Source: Octopus vulgaris (Eukaryota). Taken from it: a DNA stretch of 64,000 bases. Made by a program: the position numbers and the translations under genes. The notes under the pieces are model-generated. The model was not told the DNA's origin, ran no database searches, and saw only the letters and a program-made list of their open reading frames with translations. The stretch is from positions 65,162,001-65,226,000 of the forward strand of contig OX597828.1 of assembly GCA_951406725.2 (NCBI GenBank), read 5' to 3'. This document shows, in pieces, positions 53,429-64,000 of this stretch. Numbering within the stretch: the first letter of the stretch is position 1; each line of letters starts with the position of its first letter.

Positions 53429-53645
53429 CTTCCTAAAAGGATCCCTTCTGGACTGTGACTATACCACCTCTTTATTGTTAATATTTAATAATGCTGTCAT
53501 AATTTCCTGTGTAAGCCTGAACTCAATCATGCCCATAGTTGGAATGCTTTCGTCTCCCAAGCTAGTAGACAGTCAGAAACGATGTGGCCAATTGTTTCTT
53601 TGCCATCTCTGCATAATATACAGTTACTGTGTTCTGTTTACATGT

Positions 53646-54060
53646 TTACTCTTTTACTCTTTTACTTGTTTCAGTCATTTGACTGCGGCCATGCTGGAGC
53701 ACCGCCTTTAGTCGAGCAAATCGACCCCAGGACTTATTCTTTGTAAGCCTAGTGCTTATTCTATCGGTCTCTTTTGCCGAACCGCTAAGTTACGAGGACG
53801 TAAACACACCAGCATCGGTTGTCAAGCGATGTTTGGGGGACAAACACAGGCACACAAACACACACACGCATACACACACACATATATATACATATATATA
53901 CATATATACGACGGGCTTCTTTCAGTTTCCGTCTACCAAATCCACTCACAAGGCTTTCGTCGGCCCGAGGGTATTGTAGAAGACACCTGCCCAAGGTGCC
54001 ACGCAGTGGGACTGAACCCGGAACTATGTGGTTGGTAAGCAAGCTACTTACCACACAGCC
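53646..54060 (-). mobile_element. SINE family C copy
   Basis: Same core and tail. Confidence 0.92.
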
Positions 54061-54499
54061 CCTCAAGAATTCGGGTACAATTATGCTACAATTAAAAAAA
54101 ACCTTTAAACCTAGTTTTGAGTCCAGCGCTTCGTAGCCAATTTTGCTAGTTTACTTTGTCTATTTCCACCTCACTCACTTTTTTCATGTATTAGCCATAT
54201 AGGGGACTTTTCTTGCGTCGCTTCAGTATAGCATGCTGGAACCTGACTTTAGCAAAGTTTTAAACCTTTTCGCGATTTCGATCGATGTCTCCCCTTTTAT
54301 CCAGTTACCGTCAGTATTTTCAGTCACTAATTACTTAGTTTCTTTCAAGTAGAATCAGATTTTGTTTCGCTCTTATTTTGTTATCGGCATTGGTTTACCA
54401 TTATTTTTACTGGATATTTTAGCTGTTCAATATTCAGTATTTTATAATAGCATCCCATTTCCCTGCATTCGCGGTAAATTTAATATTATGTTATAATTG

Positions 54500-54712
54500 A
54501 AGGCGGCGTATCGGCAGAACTGTTAACACGCCGAATAAGATGTTTAGCGGCATTTCGTCCGTCTTTACATTCTGAGTTCAAATTCCGCCGGATTCGATTT
54601 TGCCGTTTATCTTTTCGGGAACGACAAAATAAGTACCCGTTGAGGACTGGGGCCGATGTAATCGACACATGCCCTCCTCAAAACCGTTGGTCTTGTGCCA
54701 AAATTTAGAAGT
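54500..54712 (+). mobile_element. SINE family A copy
   Basis: Head, core, short tail. Confidence 0.82.
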
Positions 54713-55233
54713 AATAATACGTCAGAATTTGAATGAGGTTTTCTAAATGCAACCGTTATATTTCTTGTACTGTCAAGTCTTGTTTGTTCGTAGAGCAGCT
54801 GATTCAAAATATCATAACTGTCAGGGTAGATACAATACTGCCGCATCTTTCTTTTGTTACCTTTGTTTTTATGTTCTCTTCCCTTTTCTGTTATATATTT
54901 GCATTGTTTCACTATTTTAAATATTAATCTAATGCGTCTTATATTTCTTTTCAACATTTTATATATTCTTTTGTTTTTAAACATTTATAAATCAGCGTTA
55001 GATGGAATTCTTCTGTCTATGAGTTTTGGTTGTTTTATCTTTTGTTTTGTTTTGTTTGTTTTTCCCCGAAATACGAGACTAGAAAAACAGCCAACAACTG
55101 ATGAAGGGTCGCTCTTTATGTTGCTTGCTTTGTTTTCCTTTTGTGTCTTTCGTTGTTCGAAAGAATAGTTCATGTTCCGTGTACTCGTGCTTCGTATTTT
55201 TTAGTTGTACACGTTTCCTGACGTCCTGTCCCC

Positions 55234-55584
<351 letters not shown>

Positions 55585-55589
55585 GTTAA

Positions 55590-57490
55590 TCTTCTTGTCT
55601 TCAAGGTTGCTTTGGAGTATTTTGAGAATTTGAATCCATAACAATTTCTTCGGTAAATCCGTTTAATAACTGCGAAAGTACTCCTGCATCTGAACCAATA
55701 CTTATCTACAAAGTAACAAGTAGAAAAAGATTAGTGAAATAAAGTCCGTGTAGAATATTCAGTTCTAACTGAGATGAGGCTACTCATTATACTACTTCCC
55801 TCTTTCCTTTGTAGATGCAGAATTGTTTACCTGTTTGAATGGATCTCCTTGTAATCATTTGGTTTTATTTATTTATAATGTTTCCAAAATCCACTCGAGA
55901 AAGACTACGAAATGGCTTCTTGTAATTTAATCCTTGCAGTGCACAGAGCCACCTTTCTCTTCTAGCAACCTTGGATGATAACTTTCATGTTAAATATTTG
56001 ATCTTTTCAGCCATTTGAGCCTTTACAGCATCGCTCCTGTTCTTCTGGATACAGGTTGTTTATTTTATTCTCTGTGATATTATTATTAGAGTTAAAGATT
56101 TGAAGGTTGTAGGAGTATAGGTTATAGGTTTGTTATTTCTAGATTTACTTTTTCTTTATTACCGGTGATAAAATTTATTTTTACCCCCGGAGTGAACCAG
56201 TCAAGCGTTGTCTCTCACCTCTTCAATATTTTATTACACGTCTATGCTTACACTTTCAGCGTCCTTTTTACGTATTTTAACAACTTTGGTATCTTATCAT
56301 ATCTTAGTGCTTTCTAGTTGTCTTGTTATTCTTATTCTTAAATTGTTTTGCCGTTGGGGCAACTTCCTCAGCTGTAATGACCTCCCACCATTATTTAGAT
56401 GCCATGTTTCTTATTTTGAATTGCCTTGCTTCCAGTGAATTCTTGAATTTCTCTCAAGAATTCTTCTGCTTCTCTTCCTCGTTTTATTTTTACTTAGATC
56501 CTGATAAAATTGCTCCAGGTTGGAATCGAGGTGTTTGGCTTGCTCAAATAACTGTTATCCCTTTTAATATCGACTTATTTAACGCCATTTTTTTCTTGAC
56601 AGTCTTTGGTATCGTAGACTTCCTATTTTAAACACATATTTCTATAGTATTTGTTACTTTTTTGTGTTATTTCAATATGAATTCATTAAAGATAACAACG
56701 TTCCTTCCTCCAATTTTTTTCTATCTGCATATTCTTTTAAAAATTCATTAGGTTTCGATATTTCTCCCTGATTACAGCTACAGGAGTAACCAGAATCCTT
56801 CAGTGACTACAGCATGTAGTATTTCTTTGAAACTGGAGATATCGATACTCGCATCGATTTACATTATGCTAATGATGCCTAGTTTTGCGCTTTTTTTAAC
56901 TGTGTTGCTATATTATCGTTAAGCATTACGTTTTTCAGGTATTTTCATTGGCCTATATGCTGATCTACTGTCTTGAATTCTTTAAATATTTGTACTTCCT
57001 TGCTCATAAATTTCAACTTTCAAATTACTTATTCTTAAACCTCTCTCATTGTCCTTCTTATTTTGTATTATACTGAGTTGATTTCATAAGTTTTTATTTG
57101 GCATTCTAGAAGTTTTATATTATTGTATTATCTTATTTACTTTGTTAGGCACATACCAGCTATATATTCAGGATTTATGTCCTAAATGGTTTTACTTTTT
57201 GCTTTTGTGATCGTCACTTGTATTTTAAAACTTTCTTTTAAGAACTCTGTTTCGATTCCTGATTTCCTTTTTTTTCTTCGGGAATATTTTAGATTAGCTG
57301 GTCTGCTGGGGATTGCAGCTAGGTCTGAGTTATTTCTCCTCAAATTTTATACGCTATATTCTAGTAACTTAATGGACATTGGATATTTCTAGAGACAGGT
57401 AAACGACAGCTTTCTTCCATATTACATGTACCAGTGTTCTTTGTAATTACGTTTCTACAATGTTCTCTCCTTTTAAATGTGTCTGGTGTT
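55590..57490 (-). mobile_element. Decayed R4/Dong-clade LINE, reverse transcriptase N-terminal half
   Basis: DWFTPG..NNKPITYTPTTFKSLT..NNLYPEEQERCCKGSNG*KDQIFNMKVIIQGC*KRKVALCTA at 56200-55925, matching NYRPITCL..PEEQKGCRKGS.GCKDQL; outer limits approximate. Confidence 0.75.
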
Positions 57491-57497
57491 CTCAATC

Positions 57498-57561
<64 letters not shown>

Positions 57562-57562
<1 letters not shown>

Positions 57563-57773
57563 GATACGAGCTGGCAGAAACGTTAGCACACTGGGCGAAG
57601 TGCTTAGCGGTATTTTGTCTGCCGTTACGTTCTGAGTTCAAGTTCCGCCGAGGTCGACTTTGCCTTTCATCCTTTCGGGGTCGATAAAATAAGTACCAAT
57701 TGCGCACTGGGGTCGACCTAATCGACTGGCTCCCACCTAAAAACATTTCGGCCTTATGCCTAGAGTAGAAAAG

Positions 57774-57809
<36 letters not shown>

Positions 57810-58100
57810 TTCCTTTCATCCTTTCGGGGTCGATAACATAAATAGCAGTTGAAAACTGAGGTCGATGTAATTGTCTCATCTCCTTCAACCAAAATTTGAA
57901 ACCATTATTAAGGCGGCGAGCTGGCAGAATCGTTAGCAAGACGGGCAAAAAGCTTAGCGGCATTTCGTCCGTCTTTACAGTCTGATTTCAAATTCCATCA
58001 AATTCCATCAAGTACAAGTCAAGCACTGGAGTCGGTGTAATCGAGTACTCCCTCCCCGAAAAGATTTCAGGCCTTGTACCTATAGCAGAAAAGATTATCC
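57562..58100 (+). mobile_element. Three SINE family A units interleaved with (ATT)n
   Basis: Copies at about 57562-57775, 57811-57905 and 57911-58098. Confidence 0.88.
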
Positions 58101-58135
<35 letters not shown>

Positions 58136-58846
58136 GCCTTTTCTCAGCTTCTAACGGTGGAGATGTATTACAGTGTCAGCTATTCACTACCAGTGAACTA
58201 AGGTAGCGCCTCTTATTTTTCGAGCACCTTCCAGAGTATTCGAGCGGTTCCAAGCAGTGCTGTTTTCTGTAAGTGCTCCACCCTTATTGCAGCCCCTATT
58301 TGTTCTACGTACTTCTTGAAAGTTTTGCTCATTGTTCCCAGGTCTCCGACAATTATTGGTACTACTGCTACGTTTTTCATCGACCACAACTGCTTAACTT
58401 CCCAAGCTAACCTGTCATATCTCTCGACTTTTCTTTCTTTCATATCGCATACCTTGTTGTCAGCTGGGCATGCTATATCTATGGTCCAGCATAGTTTGTT
58501 TTCTTACTTGACTAAGACTATGTCTGGCTTTCTATTCTCTATCTTATGGTCGCACTGAATCATAAAATTCCATAGGATCTTTGCATTTCTATTTTCGACG
58601 GTGCCTTCAGGTTTGTGGTCGTACCGATTTTTTGCTCTGTCAAGTCCATACTTGTTGCAAAGTCTCCAATGGACAAGCCTGGCTATATTGTCGTGGCGTC
58701 TCTTATATTCCTTCTGGGCTAGTGGCGCACATTGGCTGGTAATATGCCATACGGTTTCACCGTTTTGTCCACAGATTCTGCACTTATCACTTTCTGATGT
58801 GTTGCCTATTCTGTATTTTATGTAGTTTGTACTTAGTGCTTGCTCT
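58136..58846 (-). mobile_element. 5'-truncated R4/Dong-clade LINE: zinc knuckle, restriction-like endonuclease, 3' UTR
   Basis: One frame, one stop: CRICGQNGETVWHITSQC..YKRRHDNIA..RKPDIVLVK*..IDIACP..KVERY..VVPIIVGDLG..LQKTALLGTARIL; 3' end runs into (AAT)n. Confidence 0.93.
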
Positions 58847-58881
58847 TCAAAACTTCAGGTCTTGTGCCTTTAATAGAAAGA

Positions 58882-58932
<51 letters not shown>

Positions 58933-59172
58933 GCTCTTCTTCTTATCATCATCATCTTCATGTTCAACATCATTGTCGTTGTCGTCATCATCATCATCAT
59001 CATCATCATTATCATCATTACCATTGGCATTACCCTTCGACACCACGGGATGTTTTCTTCGTATGCTTTTGTTGCCGTTGCTCTAAACGGGATCTGCTAT
59101 TTTTTCCTTGTTAATTACGTTAACAAACTGACATTCAAATGCGTGTATTTGCTTTTTGTTTTTTATTGCTGT

Positions 59173-59224
59173 TTTTTTATAATCTGATGACAGCCCGCGC
59201 ATGGGGTTGAATTTTCATTTAAAA
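59173..59224 (+). ncRNA. Degenerate minimal hammerhead motif
   Basis: TTTTATAAT-CTGATGA-C-AGCCC-loop-GGGTT-GAATTTTC-ATTTAAAA; one substitution in GAAA. Confidence 0.45.
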
Positions 59225-59449
59225 TTCTGTGGTTTTCTGAATTCCTATTTTCTTTTAAAAAAAATAATGGATTTCAATAATACCATCATAATGTTCGCAG
59301 TGGCAGGAGGCAAAATGGATTCGCAGATGAACCAATGAGAGGAGAAAAATATTCTACAGCCTGAGTGATTTAACATTTTGACCACTTCTTATTGACGTAC
59401 TGAGCGTAATTTCACAGGAACGGGAATTAGTAGTAGCAATAGCAGCAGC

Positions 59450-59655
59450 AGCCGTTCAAGAATTTGGACCTGGGGATCTCCATTTCCAGCGACTTCGAGG
59501 GCCACCTCCCAGTGGTGTCGGGCGTCAACGAAGAGCCCTCGACTACAAGACGACCAAAGTTTTTTTTTCTAAGGTCTGGGGTCTCCCGCCCCTAAACCCT
59601 ACACCATCACCTAATCACCCTTACCCGTCTTGTTGCTTAACAACAACAACAACAG
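59450..59655 (+). mobile_element. Short GC-rich retroposon-like element with HDV-like fold candidate and (CAA)n tail
   Basis: GAGGGCC-ACC-TCCCAGT-GGT-GTCG-GG..CGAA-GAGCCCTC; ends TTAA(CAA)n. Confidence 0.4.
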
Positions 59656-59708
59656 CAACAGCAGCAACGTGAGCAGAATACTCTAACCACTAAGCCACAT
59701 AAAGATAC

Positions 59709-59995
59709 GTGGCTTAGTGGTTAGATTAATCAGCTCATGATCGTAAGGTCGTGAGTTCGAAAACCGGTGACGCGTTGTGACACTTTATTTCACGCTGCCT
59801 CAGTCAGCTCAACTGGCAAAAAGGAATTGTACCTGTAATTGAAAGGGCCAGCTTTGTCGCCTTCTGTATCATGCTGAATCTGCCTGAGAACTACGTTATG
59901 GGTACACGTCAGCCGCTTGCACCGTTAATCTCACGACCAGGCTGTTCCGTTGATCGGACCAGCTGGAACCCTCATCGTCGTAAGCGACGGAGTGC
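59709..59995 (+). mobile_element. tRNA-derived SINE, diverged
   Basis: A box TGGCTTAGTGG, B box GAGTTCGAAAACC, CORE-like ACACTTTATTTCACGCTGC. Confidence 0.7.
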
Positions 59996-60103
59996 CAGTA
60001 GCAGCAGCAACCACAGCAGTAACAACAACAGCATCAACAAAAGCAGCAACAAAGACAATGATAACAGCAACAAGAACGATGACTACAGCAAAACAACAAA
60101 AAG

Positions 60104-60149
<46 letters not shown>

Positions 60150-60527
60150 CTGTGAAACGAACCAGTGGTCAACCCACGGGCGTAAAAGAAAGACAAAGAC
60201 TACTAAACAACAAAGGACGAGCCTAAGCCTTATTGATTTCTCTTTTGTTTTGAGTAAGTCTAAGTTCTTTGCCCACTAGAGATAAGGTCGAACAGTCGTC
60301 GTGCTCATGAAGGCTGTTGAGGCAAAAACACGTATCATACGAGTGTCCTCTTATCTCAAGACAATAAGCCTGCCCTTTTCCTTAATGGCATTCTAGTTTT
60401 GGAGAAAATCTTGAATCCTTAGATTATTCCCCCCTCCTGCTCCAGGAGCAGAGATCATTTTCATAAATCAAGAATTTTTATCGTATGGTATTTGTTCTAC
60501 GACATAAATTGATGCTGCTTGTTACCG

Positions 60528-60696
60528 AGAAGGAGTGGCAGTGTGGTAAGTAGCTTGCTTACCAACCACATGGTTCCGGGTTCAGTCCCACTGCGTGGCA
60601 CCTTGGGCAAGTATCTTCTACTATAGCCTCGGGTCGACCAAAGACTTGTGAGTGGATTTGGTAGACGGAAACTGAAAGAAGCCCTTCGTACATATG

Positions 60697-60729
<33 letters not shown>

Positions 60730-60935
60730 TTGTGTGTCTGTGTTTGTCCACCCAGCATCGCTTGACAACCGATGCTGGTGTGTTTACGTCCCCGTAACTT
60801 AGCGGTTCGGCAAAAGAGACCGATAGAATAAGTACTATGCTTACAAAGAATAAGTTCATGGGTCGATTTACTCGACTAAATGCGGTGCTCCAGCATGGGC
60901 ACACACAAATGGCTGAAACAAGAAAAGGAGTAAAT
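60528..60935 (+). mobile_element. SINE family C copy
   Basis: Same head, core and tail. Confidence 0.92.
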
Positions 60936-61229
60936 GAGTAACAGAAAAAAGTGTCTGCTCGCTATGAATGTGAAAACTGTAGCGACCAGAAAATGATGTT
61001 CCAAAATGTAGCATACATTGAGAAACGTCTGGGAGAAGAATGGTCTGCAATAGTTTAAGCAGTAGAAGTAACTTAACAGTGTGATAGCAACCATCTGCTG
61101 TAGCGAGTGCAATGACCGAGCAATGGCCTTAACTCCACGCACATATCCGATGTCATTATGACTTAAGTATGTTTAAAACTTCATGCGTCCAAAATCAGAC
61201 CCAGTAACGCGCTATTCCTCAAGGCTAAT

Positions 61230-61425
61230 TATGGTAGTCATCACCTAGTACAAGATTCCTCACACACATTCGTGTCCTTCCAAACTAACAGCAAAGTGTA
61301 TACTTCCTTCTGTCGGCCCGGGCTGAGTTGCGTGGCAGTGATACTTCTGAAAGGCCTGAATCTTGAGCTAAACACAATTTTCCTAGACCCTGATGGAAAG
61401 TCGGTGGTTCTGAATTGTAACATCA
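61230..61425 (+). mobile_element. L1/Tx1-type AP endonuclease fragment
   Basis: VYTSFCRPGLSCVAVILLKGLNLELNTIFLDPDGKSVVLN resembles the GVAIL...D..GR.V motif. Confidence 0.5.
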
Positions 61426-62514
61426 TTATTATGTTCGCGCATTTTATAAATCACTAATTGTATGAATTATCTAATAATAAATTTGTGAAGACATAACAAC
61501 AGTTTATCAGCTGAGAATTTCTACTTCGTTAGTCATATTACACTTTTATCCTGGTCCACACATATAAATCACAACGATCCGTACAAGCTAACTGGAAATA
61601 GATCTAATGAAGTGGTTATGAATCCTTGGCTATAAATATTATTGTAGAACATTTTGTTACAAGGGTTTGTTGACTCGGATAAATCTTGAGCTTGGGTATT
61701 AGCCTATCTAGGGTTTGTTTGTTTTTAGTAATTAGGTGGGAGAGAAGAACAAGTTATTCCCCCGATATTTTCATGCCGTCCCCAGACCAGAGACTCTGAC
61801 GTAGATGATGTTCAACTTAAGCTTTTTTATGCCGAAGCCTAAAAGGCGCGATGGGAGGGGGATTAAGCAAATGCTGGCAATCGAATTCCTATAAGTTGAA
61901 TGGTTTTCTTTGGGATGATTTTGTATAATGCCATTACAGATATATAAGCAGATACCAACCTTCGTCTTTGACTAAACAAGTTTGAAATATTTCTGAGCTA
62001 TGAAAGGAACATCATGAAGTAAAGATGCAATACTTCACCAGCCTATTAATATAAAAATGCTAAATATATGTTAATTACTCTTGCAAAAAAACGGAACGAT
62101 AAATTTTTTCATTTCCGCATCTAAAAATTGACAGTTCCACGTTAAACAGGATCAACTGCTCCACAGTCACTGACGGATGAGATTAGCATAAATGCCATTT
62201 TCAGGAAAAGGGAACGCGCATTAGCTTCAATCTTGAGTTGTATTTGTTATTTGTCTTTTCTTCCATCCAGGACTGATAGAATAGCTAACAGAGTTATAAT
62301 GGACAGAATCATGTGAGGTTCCCTAGTCAATTATAGTCACCATTAATGCGTCATCAACAGTTGGTGAGTTACACTACCAAAAATATCGATGACATTTACT
62401 CGGTGCCCCAACATGAATACAGCCTTTAGGCTGAAATGCATGAAAGAGTAAAAGTTTTTTTTTGCATTATTGCTTCTAAACGTATGCGTCGTAGGTATGT
62501 AAATATTTGTATGT

Positions 62515-62715
62515 GTAACCTCAGCTAGGTGAGCTGCCAGTGAAGACAGGAATCTAGGAGTCAGTGGTCCGACCCCACCAAACATCTCCAACGCCACAGG
62601 ATAAAAAACGTAATTGGGCGACAGATCGCGATACTTCAGGATTTTGTTCCGCTCGGCCGCAGAAGTTCTGGATTTCGCCCTGGCCGCAGCATCCAGGATA
62701 GAAGTATTTCTTAAA
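62515..62715 (-). mobile_element. CRE-clade LINE endonuclease C-terminal fragment
   Basis: AAERNKILKYRDLSPNYVFYPVALEMFGGVGPLTPRFLSSLAAHLAEVT. Confidence 0.8.
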
Positions 62716-63479
62716 ACGTCAGTTTCACATTTCAACAGCTTACCCGAAATTTAGCCCTCGTAACAGGAACTGAGAGCGATATCGTGGAACAGAGAAATTG
62801 TAGGTGATACAGATAATTTGACATAATTTTTGAATTCCGCATGCAAAACCATATAAAATACAAGTATATTTTTTCTTGGGACAAACTCTATGTTGACCGG
62901 TGTTATTCTTATAGTAGTTTAGAAACCCAAGCATGAAAACGTTACTCAACTTTGGAGTTTTGGAGACAGACGCCCCCTTTTCACACACACACATGTGCAC
63001 TTATATATTAATGATGTACACAAATACATGACAGGTATACCTAATACTGAAATACGCATAAAGCGAACACATACAGACAAATATATTAATATAACAATTT
63101 TTTTTTAAATAATAAAAACATACAATCAATGAAGAGACGAAAGAAACAATAAGATGGTACATGTTGATTTTATTAGGTATTTCTGTTTAAGAAATCTTCA
63201 ATGAGCAGGTCATTTTACAGACGCTAAACTATAAATTTCACAGGTTACAACCTTAAAGTCGACACCGCTCCGCTAAGCGCCTCCCTATTGGTTAAAAGAG
63301 CACAGTTTTTTTTTCAACTTTTAAACCTCTGTAACTGTTCCTCCAATTTTTCTCCACAACATCATACCTTCATAGAAATAAGACTGGAAAACTACATTAT
63401 TATAGCCGATTTTCAGATCTTTTACTTCCTTTTAAAATATGTGTATTTTGTGAATCAGTTTAACTAGATCCCTGTATAT

Positions 63480-64000
63480 TAAACAGTGTACACACATAAA
63501 CACGCGCACACAAATACACACATAAAAACACACATACACACACAAAACATTCCCATAAACCAAAAACACGTAACATAAACACACACACCACAAATTCCAG
63601 AACATGTTTCCTAAAAACAAAAAAATGCTCATACAGATGCACGCAATTTACACCACCAAACAACAAAAAACACACATACACCACGAAAAATACACACACA
63701 CACACACACACAGACAAGACAACACACACTACAAATAACAAACACACACACATGAAACTCTTTAACAAATAAGGATCTGTCACATACACACACACACATA
63801 CGCAACTATAACACACTCATACAATATACAAAACATATTTCCAAAAAACAAAGCCAACACACACACATACACACAAACACCACAGCTGGCCAGAACTACT
63901 GACCATATTCTCTCAATAGAAAAAAAGAAGATTGGAAAAATTCTTTGACAATATATTCCAAAACACACACACACAGCTAGTCATACCTGACAACACACAT
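63480..64000. repeat. Degenerate CA-rich low-complexity region
   Basis: Directly visible. Confidence 0.8.

Noticed and set aside
55590-58846. One continuous R4/Dong element
   Set aside because: Domain order is reversed and the two parts differ strongly in decay, so they are separate insertions.

Overview
AT-rich, microsatellite-dense animal genomic DNA with no confidently identifiable host gene, so probably intronic or intergenic. The repeat complement resembles that of octopus (coleoid cephalopod); this is inference, not proof. Almost all listed ORFs are artefacts of simple repeats or SINEs. The window contains three abundant tRNA-headed SINE families (Meta-like, CORE-like and V-like central domains). 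It also contains decayed R4/Dong, CRE, RTE and L1/Tx1 LINEs, Penelope-like element (PLE) remnants, Tc1/mariner fragments and a Merlin-like MITE carrying telomere-like repeats. The most notable signal is a set of small ribozyme-bearing retroelements. An apparently intact type I hammerhead ribozyme (42160-42234) sits inside a 71-bp inverted repeat. A tRNA-headed SINE has a minimal hammerhead in its 3' tail and a PLE-style inverted tail copy (37725-38143). Several more degenerate hammerheads occur, two linked to GIY-YIG remnants, along with fold-back palindromes and one HDV-like fold candidate. All family assignments were made by eye from motifs, without database searches, and many boundaries are approximate.
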